DNA of 63,988 bases, the filler included, from Octopus bimaculoides (taxonomy: Eukaryota), in assembly GCF_001194135.2 (NCBI RefSeq). It is 6 parts of 6 records of this genome, joined end to end, with 100 filler letters (N's around TTAATTAATTAA, not from the genome) between each part and the next. Parts side by side here need not be neighbours in the genome. Positions count along the whole stretch, not along the records: positions 1 to 23,569 come from NC_068985.1; positions 23,670 to 49,388 come from NC_069004.1; 4 more parts are not named here. One strand, given 5' to 3'. Under the pieces are notes generated by a model, which was not told the DNA's origin, ran no database searches, and was given only the letters and a program-made list of their open reading frames with translations. Both the position numbers and the translations under genes were made by a program. This document shows, in pieces, positions 11,285 to 24,288 of this stretch (within the stretch, counting starts at the first letter, position 1; each line of letters starts with the position of its first letter).

Positions 11285-12378
11285 TCTTTCTTTTTCTGTG
11301 CACAAATATGTTGCATATACAGTATAACCATTACAGTATTGACTAAAATCTGTAGATATATTTTGTAGTGCAATGTAATGTACAATTTAGTTTATTCGAT
11401 TTTTTTTATTAGAGCCCTTTATAAGGGTGATGTTATAATCAATGTCTCTATTAGGTTTTGGCCTTTGTGCCAATGACCATTAATCTTTTAGATCCTAGAC
11501 TATTCTTCTGATTCAAAATTTTCTTCTGCAGTTTTTCAACACATTTTGCAATGACATGATCAGCATATAAAATTCCCAGAGATCTTTTTGCACTCTTGTT
11601 TTAATACTCCCAAGAACTAAAATAAAGTTAACAGAATTTACAAGGGCAGCAGTAACTGAAAATAGAATTTTATGTAATGATTCACTTTTATATATCTCTC
11701 TCTTTCTCTCAATGTAATGTCAAAAGGAGGACACACGGACACACACTCATACACACACACACACAAAGATATATAATACTAGCAGTATAACCTGACTTTG
11801 TGCTGGTGTGACTTATTACGCCATCTACGATAAGTCTTGCTAGGTGAAAATCAACTAAAAAAGAAAGCCTTACAACGAAAAAACCCTTATGATGTAAGTA
11901 TGTTCATAATTCAAAAGACGATGAAATTAATAGGGAAAGTCTGAAGGCTGTTTTGCGTAACATTATTAAGCATACGTAAATTTCATCCGTCTAATTGGCT
12001 ATAGAAATGCTTGTGCAAAACAACTTTTTGCGCTGCCCTGATTATACATAGCAGGGTAATCCCTTTTTGCAGGAGCTAGGATGGCAATTTGTGATGAAGC
12101 AATTGCTGGCGATCTGTTGCTACACAGTTCTGCCAGAATTCTATCAGATTGGGCAGAAGATGTTGATGCACCATTTTGCATTATGTTCAAAGTAGCTTCT
12201 GGAATGTGGTGAATTGTTGCAGTCATTTTAAACCGGTTGCTGTCTTTCCCCAGCAAACTCTCTTCTTTGGAGGCATAATCTATGTATATATTAAACAGAA
12301 CAACAAAAGTTATAATAGATGGCAGGGTCGGTACTTTTCACATATCTGTAATTTTTCAGATTAACACCCGCACAATTA

Positions 12379-12501
12379 CCTAATCCTAACACTAACATTA
12401 AACCCTAACACTAACACTAAACCCTAACCGTAACCGTAACACTAATCATAACCCTAACCGTAACCCTCACCCTAAACCCTAACCCTCACCCTAACACCCT
12501 A
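12379..12501 (+). repeat. Degenerate telomere-like (CCCTAA/CCGTAA/CACTAA)n array
   Basis: About 20 hexamer-type units, e.g. aaccctaaccgtaaccgtaacactaa...accctcaccctaaaccctaaccc. Confidence 0.85.
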
Positions 12502-13654
12502 GTGAAAATCGTGGTATATTGACGAACATGAGTTATATTTTACTGAATGATTGTGTACTTGCACATGTATGCGTTTGAGAGAGCGAGAGAGGGGGAGAAA
12601 GGAATAGAGGTAGTTAAAGTTTTCTTATGACGGTTTCTCTTCACTGCCTATTACTTCATTAGAAATCTACGGATGCACATACGCACATAATAGAGAAAAA
12701 TGAAACAAATATGGATAACTTGCTCCAAAACACCACCGAGTGGGGAACACTTCTCAAAAATAACCTGCAGTTGTTTCCTTCAAAATTCCTACATGCTCGA
12801 AATGTACATACATCAAGGTATATTTGTAGAAAATTTCACGAAAAAATATTCATTTTCCTGGAAGTTAAGAGGAATTTAAGTGTAGTTTCCGAAAATTGTC
12901 CCCTACCCCCTCCCAAAACACTTTCACCGAAAATTTTTGTATATTTGGAATCTACATAATAAATAATATATGCATAGAAAATTTCATTAAAAAATATTCA
13001 TTTTTATGAAAGTTATGACCTTCCAAAGTCGGTGGGTACAACTCTGTAGTTATGCCACATTGACGAACATGAGTTATATTTTTGTGAATGATTGTGTTTA
13101 CTTGCATGTGTATACGTTTGAGAGAGGAAGAGGGGGAGAACGGGAGCAATGTGTATGTTGTTGTCACAGATCACGTATGTGTAGTTGTGTGTGTTTTTAC
13201 GTATCAATGTTATGAAAAATNNNNNNNNNNATGTGTAGTTGTGTGTGTTTTTACGTATCAATGTTATGAAAAATAGGTAAAGAATACTGAGAAGAAAGTT
13301 TAATCTATGACATTGTATGTATCACTTTCTCTGTTGAGCGCGTGTGTAAGAACGTTGTTCCAGGTAGAAAGGAAGAAATATAAAAGTTGCTAGAAACAAC
13401 AGCCAAATCTCCCTTAAATCACACAAGGTAAACGGAATTTTAAAAATCTAATTACTGCGCTGGAAAGTTCACATCGAGAAAANNNNNNNNNNCACAAGGT
13501 AAACGGAATTTTAAAAATCTAATTACTGCGCTGGAAAGTTCACATCGAGAAAATTCCATTGATGTAAAAAATTTTACGAAAAAGTGGAAAATGTGGATTT
13601 CTATAGATGCAACACACATACTCACAAATTCAGCTTTATAGATATAGATAGGTG

Positions 13655-13992
13655 CAGGTGTGACTGTGGTAAGAAGCTTGCTTTCCAACCACATGGTTCC
13701 GGGTTCAGTCTCACTGCTTGGCACTTTGGGCAAGTGTCTTCTACTATGGCCTTGGGCCAACTAAAGCCTTGTGAGTGAATTTGGTGGATGGAAATGTGTG
13801 TGTGCGTGCATGCTTTTATGTCTGTGTTTGTCTTCTACCACCACTCCTCTGAGTAGTTTGGCAAAAGAGACAAATAGAATAAGTACCATACTTAAAAAAT
13901 TAAGTACTGGTGGTGATTCATTCAACTAAAAAACTCTCCAAGACAGTGCCCCAGCATGGCTGCAGTCTAATAACTGAAACAAAAGATAAAAG
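13655..13992 (+). mobile_element. tRNA-derived SINE (family A, bipartite with internal microsatellite), CpG-decayed copy
   Basis: Head gtg(g)ctgtggtaagaagcttgc...ggttcagtc (A/B-box-like), core gcactttgggcaagtgtcttctac, internal (TG)n and 3' half ending ccagcatggctgcagtc...ctgaaaca. Confidence 0.8.
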
Positions 13993-14579
13993 ATATGACA
14001 GACTTCATTCTGTTTCAGTCTACTAAATTCACAAGGCTTTCATTGGCCTGGTGCTTTAGTAGAAGATATTTGCCCAAGATGCTATGCAGTGGCATTGAAC
14101 CTGAAACTATGTAGTTGGGAAGCAAGCTTCTTAGCCACACTTCCACATTTGTCCTTTGTCTGTCTATCTGTCAACTGTATCATTACTATCCTGCCGCTTT
14201 TCCCTCCACCAACTTTCTTCTGCATCTCTATCCTCCCCAATTCATGATTCATCAGCCATTACTCTTCAATTCTAACTTCTTTTACAGCTACAACCTGCCT
14301 CTTCATCCCTTCATCTTCTGTTCTTCATACAATCTTACAACAGCCTCACCCATCCACTTCTTATCACATGCCTTAAGAGACCACCTGAACACTTCATCTA
14401 TCTTTCTGCAGCTCCTACTCATCACTCTCTCCCTCCCCTACTAATTGTGTGTAGCCCTGCAGCTCTTCTTCAAGAACTTGTTCTGTCCCTATTCTCTCAT
14501 ACTCTAAACCCTCATCTTGTAGAAAGCCAATCCCCACATCTCTCTCGGGTTTTGTAGTTTTGCAAGCTGCGTAGTAGCA

Positions 14580-14765
14580 ACATTAATAATGCTGGTGGCA
14601 TGAAAGAAGCACCCAGTGGCTGGCAATAGGAAGAGCATCTAGCTACAGAAGCCATACCAAAATAGACATTGGAGCACAATGCAGTCTTTGGATGCATTGG
14701 TTCCTGTGAAACTGTCCAATCCATGCCAATATAGAACATGGATATTAAATGGTGATGATGATGAC
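14580..14765 (+). mobile_element. Short RTE 3'-end fragment with (GAT)n tail; similar ends at ~21300-21505 (+), 22400-22575 (+), 28350-28420 (-), 28785-28840 (+), 29415-29470 (-)
   Basis: Diverged match to the RTE terminus gtccaa(c)ccatgc(t)agcatggaa...ttaaa(c/t)gatgatgat seen at 2186-2235 and 15463-15520. Confidence 0.7.
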
Positions 14766-15462
14766 ACATGCAAATACACTTATTTTTAATAAACAGAAAG
14801 TTATGAAAGGTTCATTATTCATGAAACTCTAGGTCCTTGAGTTACTTTCGTAAATTTCTACTGATTAAAACTACTATAAAAAATATACACATTAATTTGT
14901 TTCTCCTGTTTGTTCTAATATGTACACATAACTATCTTATCACCATTGTTTAACATCCACTTCTCCATTCTCACATGGGTCAAATGGAACTTGTTGGGGC
15001 AGATTTTCTATGGTCAGATGTCCTTCCCATTGTCAATTCTCAACTGTTTCCAAGCAAGTTGATATTTCCCTTTGGCCAGATGTGTTTTTCACAGAAGGCT
15101 GAAAATAAGCACATGTATGTGACATTGATGTTCATTTACAGCCGTAGCATCATAAGGGTCCGTATACACACACAAACAAACATTCCTATAAGGGATACCT
15201 CACTCCTAGTAGTCTTACAGTTTCTCTGAACACCAATACAGAATTACTAAGACCTCACTCTGTAGTTAGATAATCATTTATCTGTCCTTTTTACAAATAT
15301 TGTTTTTGTCTTGTGTGTCTAGTAACTCTTCTCGCCGATCTAGACAGCTGGTCATATCAGTTGTTTAGTCATTGATGACAAACTTGTGCAGCATGTATTG
15401 AATGGTAATTGTTGTGCTCACAAACAACCTGCGACACCTACCTACACACACATACACTTATG

Positions 15463-17910
15463 TCATCATCATCATCATCATCGTTTAACGTCCGTTTTCC
15501 ATGCTAGCATGGGTTGGACAGTTCGACTGGGGTCTGGAAAACCAGGAGGCTGAACCAGGTGCCAGTCTGATCTGGCAGTGTTTCTACAGCTGGATGCCCA
15601 TCCTAATGCCAACCACTCCATGAGTGTAGTGGGTGCTTTTTACGTGCCACTGGCATAGGGGCCAGAGGAGGCTGGCAGCATCCACGATCGGTTTGTGCTT
15701 TTTACGTGCCACCGGCATGGAAGCCAGTCAAGGCGGCTCTGGCATCGGCCACGTTCAGATGGTGCTTTTTATGTGCCACCGGCACGGGTATCACAACTGC
15801 AATTTCCATTTGGTTTTCATTTTGATGTTGATGTACTTGACTCAATAGGTCTCCTCAAGCACAGCAGGTCGCCTTACGATCCAAGGTACTTTTTGAATGG
15901 GTTGGGGCTGGTTATGCGAAACTGGTGTAGGATACAGCCATGAACTCACTTTCTTTGCCAGGTTTTCGCAGTCACAGCATATCTCCAGAGGTCTCGGTCT
16001 TTTGTCATTGCCTCTGTGAGGTCCAACATTCGAAGGTCATGCTTCACCACCTCATCCCATGTCTTCTTGGGTCTCCCTCTACCCTGGATTCCTTCAACTG
16101 TTTGGGAGTGGCACTTCTTCACACAGCTCTCCTCATCCACCTGTACTACATGACCATGCCAGCGCAAATGTCTTTCTTACACGCCACATCTGATGTTTCT
16201 TATGTCCAACATTTCTCTCAGGGCGCTTACACTCTGTCGTGTGTGCATATTGACATACACATCCAGCAGATCATGCTAGCTTCCTTTCTTTCGAGCTTAC
16301 GCATGTCCTCCGCAGTCACGGCCCATGTTTCACTGCCGTGAAGCATGGCAGTTTGCACACATGCATCGTACAATCTACCTTTTACTCTGAGCGAGAGGCC
16401 CTTTGTCACCAGTAGGGGTAGAAGCTTTCTTAACTTTGCCCAGGTTATTCTTATTCTAGTGGTAACACTCTCTGAGCATCCACCCCTTCTAACTTGATCA
16501 CCTAGGTAGCGGAAGCTATCAAATACTTCTAGTTTCTCCCCCTGGAGTGTGATGGAATCTATTTTCTGAGCATCTGTGGTGTTTATTGACCCTATGCATC
16601 TGGCGCACACGACAGCTATCCTCCCTGTTAATCTTCCTTTGATGTTGCTGCACCTCTTATGTGTCCATAGCTTACACTGGGTACATCTTAAGGAGTTTCT
16701 ACCTACACCTTTTCTACAGATTGAGCAGGGTGTGTGTGATGTGTTCGCCTTCCTACTTATTAGAACTTTGGTCTTTGCTACATTAACTCTAAGACTCTAA
16801 ACCTTGCTTCCACATCTGAAATTTCTTCTAGTTCTGGTAGTGATTCTGCTATGAGGGCCAGGTCATCAGCATAGAGGAGCTCCCAGGGGCAACCTGTCTT
16901 GAATTCCTCTGTTATTGCTTGGATGGGCTATGATGAATAAAAGGGGACTGAGGGCTGAATCTTGGTGGACCCCTACTTCTACCCAGAATTCTTCACTATA
17001 CTCATTGCCAATACTAACCTTACTCTGTATAGGGCCTGTATAGTCCTTATTAACCATTCGTCAATCCCCAGTTTCTGCATCGCCCACCAGATAAGGGATC
17101 AGGGGACCCTATCAAAGGCTTTCTTCAAGTCCACAAAAGCTAAGTATAGGATTTTTATCTTTAGCTAGGTATTTCTCCTGCAGTTGTCAAACCAGGAATA
17201 TAGCATCAGTGGTGCTTCTACCCGGCACAAAACTGAACTACATCTCATCTAAGCAGACTCTCTTCCTAATGAGATGGGCTATGACCCTCTCAGTGACCTT
17301 CATCACCTGATCCAGCAATTTGATACCTCTGTAGTTATTTCTTTCTAGAGCATCACCTTTACCTTTGTAGCAGTTGACTATGGTGCTGCTACGCCAGTCA
17401 TTGGGTATGACTCCATCATAAACTACCTGGTTTACAATGTGGGTGACTAGGCCATAGCCCACACCACCAGATGTTTTAAGCATCTCAGCAGTGATTCCTG
17501 ATGGGCCGGGGCTTTTCCTGGCTTCATACCCTTAATTGCTTTATCTACTAGGGAGCTGTCTACTGGGTCAACATTTGGCAGGCGCTCCTCCTCCCATTCA
17601 TTCTCCACATTCAGCAGTCTTTCCTAATGGCTTCTCCAAGCCTCTTTCTTTTCCGAATCATTAAAATCAAGTACACCATCATCCATGCGGTCACATATCT
17701 CTCCTATGACATTACAATTTTCTCTCGCACACTGTCTTGCAATCCGAAATACCTCAATTTTCTCATCTTCACATCGCTGGACTTAAGCAAACTTCTTTTC
17801 TGCTTCACCCTTGGCTATGTATACCTGCTGCCCAGCCTCCCTTTTGGCTACCTGGTACAGTTCCCTGCTACCCCCACCTTTCCAGGCTTGTTTCTTTACT
17901 CTAATGTGAT
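15463..17910 (-). mobile_element. 5'-truncated RTE-clade LINE of the same PHD-bearing family; multiple stops and frameshifts
   Basis: Minus-strand ORF pieces: linker (RELYQVAKREA...AWRSH*ERLLNVENEW), VNCYKGKGDALERNNYRGIKLL, LLYADD, CSIC...CTQC.LWTHKRC...CARC, FRYLG, RWHGHV...GRGRPKKTW. The 3' UTR and (GAT)n tail end at 15463. Confidence 0.93.
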
Positions 17911-18884
17911 TTCAGACAGAGAGAGAGAGAGAGAAAGGAAGCAAGTTCATCTTTTGTGAGTATAAGTATTATGGTCATCGTAAGAGGTGGGGGGTGATTT
18001 CAGACAGAGAGAGAGAAAGCAAGTTCATCCATACATACACACAAGCATGCATGCACACAGATACAGGTGAACAAGCACACATGTACAGCCATTAGCTGTC
18101 ACCTTCACTTGATATGTGCAATGAAAATTACTGGGTAGTTGTTGGAATATTTCTAGGCGGGACGAAACGAAATGAAGAATAGACGGTTAAGTAGATAGGC
18201 AGCTAACCGAGTTGCGTATTTTGGGGAGAGAGTGGGGGTGCAGGTAGTATAGGGAACAGCACCAGAGAGGAAGGGTGATTGAGAGAAGAGACATCTGGTA
18301 ATGGTGGTGAGAAATCGCAAGACAGAATGAAGCAAAATGAAGGGCAACTGAGTTAGTTGCATATGTCCCAGGAGAGAGAGAGGAAGAGTACAGGTAACAT
18401 ATAGAGAACAGCCCAGTGGAGCAGTGGAGAGAAGAGACAACAGGTAATGGTGGTAGGAGAGAGTGATATAGAGATAAAGATCGGGGGGGGGGGGGTAAAA
18501 ATTGAGATATCCGGTATTGTTGGTGGGGGCAGGACAGGGTGGGCGCACTGCGAACAAGCGAGTTTAATTTGGGGAAATGGTACAAGGATCTAACAAAAGT
18601 AGCAGGAGTGTTTTGTATAGTATTTATTCATAGTGTTCATGGCGAATGAGAAATTAAGCTAGAGAAACGAGGAATAAGAAATTAAACAGGCCAAGAAACG
18701 AGTAATTATCTTAATTTAATTAGTTAGCTTCTGAGAAAAATTAGCTGTTAGTAAACAGTACATTTAAAGTGTTAATGGCGAATGAATGAATGAAAGATCG
18801 AAAAACGAGTCTTAGCTTAGCAATGCATAATCATCATTTGGCGACTGGGTAAGAATACATGAGAGAATTGAATGGTAGGGAGCG

Positions 18885-19040
18885 CATGGGACAAGGATGT
18901 GTGTATGGTTAAGTAATTGCTTCCCAACTACATTGGTTTCAGGTTGAGCCCCACCATATGGTGCCTTGAGTTGTGGGCCAACCAAAGCCCTGTGAATGAA
19001 TTTGGAAGATGGAAACTGAAAGAAGCCTGTTATTTGGTTA
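18885..19040 (-). mobile_element. SINE family A, 5' half
   Basis: Reverse complement of head and core (gggaagcaattac..., ggcacc..., tcacagggctttgg, ggaaactgaaagaagcc). Confidence 0.7.
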
Positions 19041-20835
19041 TGTATGTATGTATAAACATACGTAACATGTGAGAATGTATGCATGTGTATGTGCTCCTAG
19101 ATTACATTTGTGTTTCTCTAAAAGTCATTTAGCTACAACCGATGATGATGTCAGTTCCCTAGGCTTTGCTGTTTTTGAGATGTGTGAAATAAGAGATCCC
19201 TTATTTGAAAGTCAAGTAAGCATTAGTGGTCGAAAGGTCATCCAGCTGAGGAACACACCTCAATAGTATATTAGCCTAACTTATGCTAGCATCGNNNNNN
19301 NNNNNNGTAAAACAAGCACATGTGTGAACACATGCTCACACACCTCCATTTGCATACACAAACACACACACACACACGCAAATCTCATATTTTCACAAAT
19401 CTTTGGAACTCTCGTGACTGCAACCAAAAGTCTTGTCACGGTGTGATTGGCTTGAATTCTGTCAAGAAGTTAGAATAAAGAAAGCTGCTTGTTTAATAGT
19501 TTGGAGGATGTAACTTTTACTGAAAGACAGCAGTTATTTAAGCCTACCCTGTCTTGAAAATTCTTATAAATTCCAATTTTAATATATTTTTAATAAAAAT
19601 GTTTTGAACTTCTTTTATTACAATTTTATTTGTTTCAGTCCTTTGACTGTGACCATCTTGGGGCATTGCCCAGTACTTATAATTGACCAAAGATTTCAAC
19701 TTCAAATTTTTATTCACAGCAGCATAGTTATCTAACTGTGAGATAGTGTTTTTTAAAACCTCTGTATATACTCAGGCATAACTATAGCAGTGTGCCTCCC
19801 ACGTGACTTGTTTCCTCATAACTTTCTGAAAAAAGTGCATTTTTTTAAATGAAATTTTGTACAAATATGTTTCAGGTGGTGTAAATTATGATTATATTGG
19901 AATTTGTAGTGAAAGTTTTCTGTGGGGTTGAGGGAAAGGAGTTTCAGATCATTTACTCACTTCAACTTTGTTTCCTAATAACTTTTAGAAAAATAGTTAT
20001 TTTGAAGGAAATTTTCAACAAATACCTCTCAGGTTTTGTAGAATGCAATCATAGTGGAATTTGATGTTAAAAAAAATTGGGAGCCAGGGTGGGGTGGGAC
20101 AATATTTCACACATTTTGACTTTATTCCCTCATATGTTTTGATGATGTAGATTAGAATTATGTGGCAGGGTAGGTGTGGAATTACTTTTAAGGACTTTTC
20201 CACCCTGTTTCAAAAATTCTCTGAAAGATATCTGCAGAAAAGTATGTACAATGGTAACACTAATTATTGAGTACATATTTCTTTCATTATTTTATCGCAG
20301 ACTTAATCTCTCTCTTTTAACCAAACTTAAAAGTAGCTCAGCCATTATGTGGTAGTTTAGTAAGATAGAAGTAGCAGGGATCATGCAGGTCACTAAATAA
20401 TTTTTTTCTTTTTTCAACAAATTTGTAATCAAATCCTCAAAACGTGAGGAAACAAAGTTGAGATGCATATATCTACACCCCACTCCTTTGTTTCTTTTTT
20501 CACATTAAGTTCTAATATAATTGTAATCTACACTATCAGAAAAGTATTTGTGGAAAATTTCATTGAAAAATATCCTTTTTTCAGAATGTTATGAGGAAAC
20601 AAACATCGGATGGTAGGCAGTACTTTTGTTATGCTCTAAATTTATTTTCTGAATGAGTGAGTACTATTTGACAAGTAAAAGATACAAAGGAAAACTAGTC
20701 ATAACAGATTGTGAAAATTACATGAATTTGGGGTCAAATGTGTAAATATTATGTAAGGACTTGCAGAAAACCGCCCAGAAAGTGATCTTCCTTTTAGTTA
20801 GTCATAATAGACTTCTATTTTTTCCTTTCTTGCAG

Positions 20836-20880
20836 GCTCCTCGGATGAAAGTCCGTGCTAAATACGACTTTGCTGGCAAT
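20836..20880 (+). CDS. Crk: Crk/CrkL-like adaptor, 45-nt coding exon starting the N-terminal SH3 (APRMKVRAKYDFAGN)
   Basis: Polypyrimidine tract plus ttgcAG at 20834-20835 and donor GTAAGT at 20881; phase 0/0 matches the donor at 5504. VRAKYDF.GN matches the Crk nSH3 start (VRALFDFNGN type). Confidence 0.85.
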
Positions 20881-21974
20881 GTAAGTATTATACACAGTAT
20901 TTTTTAATATAATCTGTAACTACACACTTGAATAAAGATAACATTTTTAGATTATGAATGATTCTAGAAAGAACTTTGAACGAAAATAATGTCAAGGAGT
21001 TATTTGATATTTAATATTTCATCTTTCTTTCATATTTTGGAAGATAAAACTTTCAGCCAGGACTAAAAGCAATCTATTAATCTAATATTAATTAATCTTA
21101 CCTTGTTACCAATATCTTCATCTTTTTCCAGCCACTTCCCTCTCTGCACTTCTATATAATGTGAGGTGTCTATGTGTCTCTTCTGTACTAAGATACCTGT
21201 GTTTGTCCCTCAATCATAATTTAGCCTTTCAATATCTGGCATAAAGCTGCACTCACTCCATCTACTATAACCCCACTTAATTGAGGAGGTTTTTTCCTTT
21301 TTGCCTTGCAAGTTACTTGGTACTAATGTCACAAAAAAAGCACCCAGTATCATCTATAAAGTGGTTGGCATAAGGAAGGCTATTCAACCATAGGAACCAC
21401 TCCAAGACACACATTGGAGCTCAATGAATTCCTCTTGCTTGTTGCATCTTGTCAAACTGCTGAATCCAAGCCAGCATGGAAGACAGCTGCTAAATGATGA
21501 TGAATTAAATTAATATAACTTTCACTTGTTACTTTTGTATTTCTGCTTTTATTGTATCCTGGGAAAAATTAAAAGCAACCTACTAATTTGATATTAATTA
21601 ATTTCCATTAGTTCTATTGTTTATTGATGAATCTTTGATTTGAGTTGCATTTTTTTGAAGTTATTGTTTAAGGTTATGCACACACAACTGTCTTCCCTTA
21701 CTCAATTTCCTCCTCAAAACCCCCACCACCACCACCACCAAATCATCTCTCTAATTGCAGTATTCTGCTGCTGTAAGTAATTGTAGGCAGAATCGCATAC
21801 TTCATCAGCTTTTCCTAATACCACTTGTCTTTCTCATTATCTGAAACCATTTCACTTGATAGCCTTCCTCATTTCTTGTAGTGCTCTCCACCCACATTTC
21901 ACCTTGTTTACTCTCCTGTGCCATTACCCTTTTAGTAAGTAGGTAAAAGACAGGACTCAGGTACCTTCAGAGAA

Positions 21975-22062
21975 AAGGTTTTGCTTGATACGCAGAAAAG
22001 GAGTAGGTATAAACTCTATACACTGTATCCAATGTAAGCTATGGACAGACAAGAGGTATACA
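21975..22062 (+). mobile_element. Small fragment of the PHD-bearing RTE family
   Basis: Translates RKGVGINSIHCIQCKLWTDKR, matching the PHD-like insert of the two long copies. Confidence 0.75.
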
Positions 22063-22619
22063 CACACCACATCTCTCTTTCTCTCTTTCATGTCTACTGA
22101 GAGATGTGAGAGAGAGAGAGAGAGAGAGTATCTGTTCTGCTGCTGTTCATCCCTTCCATTTATTTCTGCACTATCATTTATCTACTTGCCCCTACCTTTC
22201 CCTACCTGGTTGCTCCCACTCTTTTCTATTATGTGAGTAACCATGTAGTTCCTCTACAGCAAGAAACCTGTTCTGGTTCTTTTCCTCATACTTTAATCCA
22301 TCATTTAGTATAAAGCTGCCTTCATCTTTATTGTACCCTTATTTATTTGAAGGGGCTCCTAATCTTTCAGGCTGCTTGGCAACCTCAGTATTGTTAGTGC
22401 CATGAAAAAGACACGTAGTACATGTTGTAGAATTGTTGACATTAGGAAGGGCATCCAGCTGTAGAAACAATGTCAAAGCAGACCAATGAACACAATACAA
22501 TCCTCAGACCCATCTTATCCTGTTAAACTATCCAACCTATGCCATCATGGAACATGGACAATAAATGGTGATGATACATATATATGTGTGTGTGTGTGTG
22601 TGTGTGTACTTGTGCACAT

Positions 22620-22865
22620 GTATCTTGTTTCAGTCATTAGACTATGGCCATACTGGGGCACTGCTTTGAATTTTAGTCGGTTGAATTGACCCCAGTACTT
22701 ACTTTTTTTAAGCCTGGTGCTTATTCTGTTGGACTCTTTTGGCAAACCGGTTAGTTTCAGAGATTGTCAAGTGATGGTGGCAGACAGACAGACACACACA
22801 CACAATAGGCTCCTTTTAGTTTACATCTACCAAATTCACTCTCAAGGCTTTGGTCGGCACTACAC
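22620..22865 (-). mobile_element. SINE family A, CpG-decayed copy
   Basis: ttgtttcagtcattagactatggccatactggggcac...agtacttacttttttaagcctggtgcttattct...gtttacatctaccaaattcactctcaaggctttgg. Confidence 0.7.
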
Positions 22866-23209
22866 AGCCATGCCTGCACTGATACATAATACATATATAT
22901 CATGTATATGCAATCTCTGCAAATACTGACAAATATCTTATGGACATAATTGAAAAATGAATTTATCATGTACACCTGTTCAGATATGCTCAACTGATGT
23001 TTACTTCGTCAGATTATTTATTGGCTCCTTTTAACACCACTTGTATTTAGCTCATAAATATAATAGCCTCCAATAAGTCATCCTCTTAAATGTGGAATTT
23101 GAATTTGGGTAATTTGTGCCATGGATTGAAAGGTTGAAATATCGCGAGCATATTTTCCTTACAAAGCTTCCTAAAACTAGTCTTTCTCGTAACCTCTCTC
23201 TTTTCTGAC

Positions 23210-23569
23210 TCCCCCCCCACTCCTCGCTCCCGAACTACCTTAATTCGTTTCATAATCAGCCAACCAGGGAGGAGGGTACTGCTCCCTCTGTGCGACCCCG
23301 GGACTGGCCTGAGTTCCTGGCGCGCTGCCTTCATCATCTTGCCTACTGCTGCTGTCTTCATCATCCTGCCCACTGCAGCTGGTTCCATCCTCTGAAGCAC
23401 TGACAATCTTCCGCACATCCAAAACATGGCGTGGCATGCCATCGACTGAGACGTTGTTCTTTGAATTGATGGAGGTTATAGTTCCTTTCCCCCATTGTGA
23501 TGTGCACCGTGCATTTGGGGGTTTTACCCAAACTTCTTCCCCGATCTGCACGAAGGTGTGCTCTTCTTA
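23210..23569 (-). mobile_element. Ty3/Gypsy LTR retrotransposon fragment: integrase C-terminus plus polypurine tract; cut by the scaffold joint
   Basis: ORF 23240..23551 (GEEVWVKPPNARCTSQWGKGTI...VSVDGMPRHVLDVRK) resembles Gypsy integrase C-terminal tails. It is followed by a PPT-like GAGTGGGGGGGGAG near 23210-23223. No clear LTR. Confidence 0.7.
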
Positions 23570-23669
23570 NNNNNNNNNNNNNNNNNNNNNNNNNNNNNNN
23601 NNNNNNNNNNNNNTTAATTAATTAANNNNNNNNNNNNNNNNNNNNNNNNNNNNNNNNNNNNNNNNNNNN
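23570..23669. other. Artificial scaffold joint: 44 N + TTAATTAATTAA + 44 N. The same construct recurs at 49389-49488, 55695-55794, 60434-60533 and 62591-62690
   Basis: Identical 100-bp geometry five times. The palindromic 12-mer places TAA in all six frames, consistent with a gap spacer inserted by assembly software. Confidence 0.92.
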
Positions 23670-23720
<51 letters not shown>

Positions 23721-23920
23721 TATACATATATACAAACATATATAACTTAGGGACGGAGTGGTTAGGAATTTCATTTCGCAACTATATGGTCTCGGGTTCC
23801 AACTAACTGCGTGGCAACTTGAGTAGATTTTGAAATTGGCAGATGTGTTTGGAACGCCCTTCTCAAAGATACATTACATATAGAAGTATAATAATAGTAA
23901 TAATTTTATATATGTATATA

Positions 23921-24288
23921 TTCTATTACTTCTTTCAGTCATTTGACTGCGACCTTGCTGGAGCACCACCTTTAGTCGAACGAATCGACTCCAGGACTTA
24001 TTCTTTGTAAGCCAAGTACTTATTCTATCGGTCTCTTTCTACCGAGGACGTAAACACACCAACATCGGTTGTCAAGCGATGGTGGGAGATAAACACAAAT
24101 AACAAATACATAATATATATACATATATATACAACGGGCTTCTTTCAGTTCCCGTCTACGAAATTCCTCACAAGGTTTTAGTCACCTAGAGGGTATAGTA
24201 GAAGACACTTACCCAAGGTGCCATGCAGTGGGACAGAACCCGGAACCATGTGGTTGAGAAGCAAGCTTCTAACCACACAGCCACTCTT
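23921..24288 (-). mobile_element. SINE family A, near full length, CpG retained
   Basis: The reverse complement gives head gagtggctgtgtggttagaagcttgc...gttccgggttctgtccc, core gcaccttgggtaagtgtcttctac, internal (TA)n and the 3' half. Confidence 0.85.

Noticed and set aside
23614-23625. Recurrent perfect palindrome TTAATTAATTAA (also 49433-49444, 55739-55750, 60478-60489, 62635-62646) as a biological motif or recombination site
   Set aside because: It is always centred in exactly 44 N + 44 N and gives stops in all six frames, so it is a software gap spacer, not genomic sequence.
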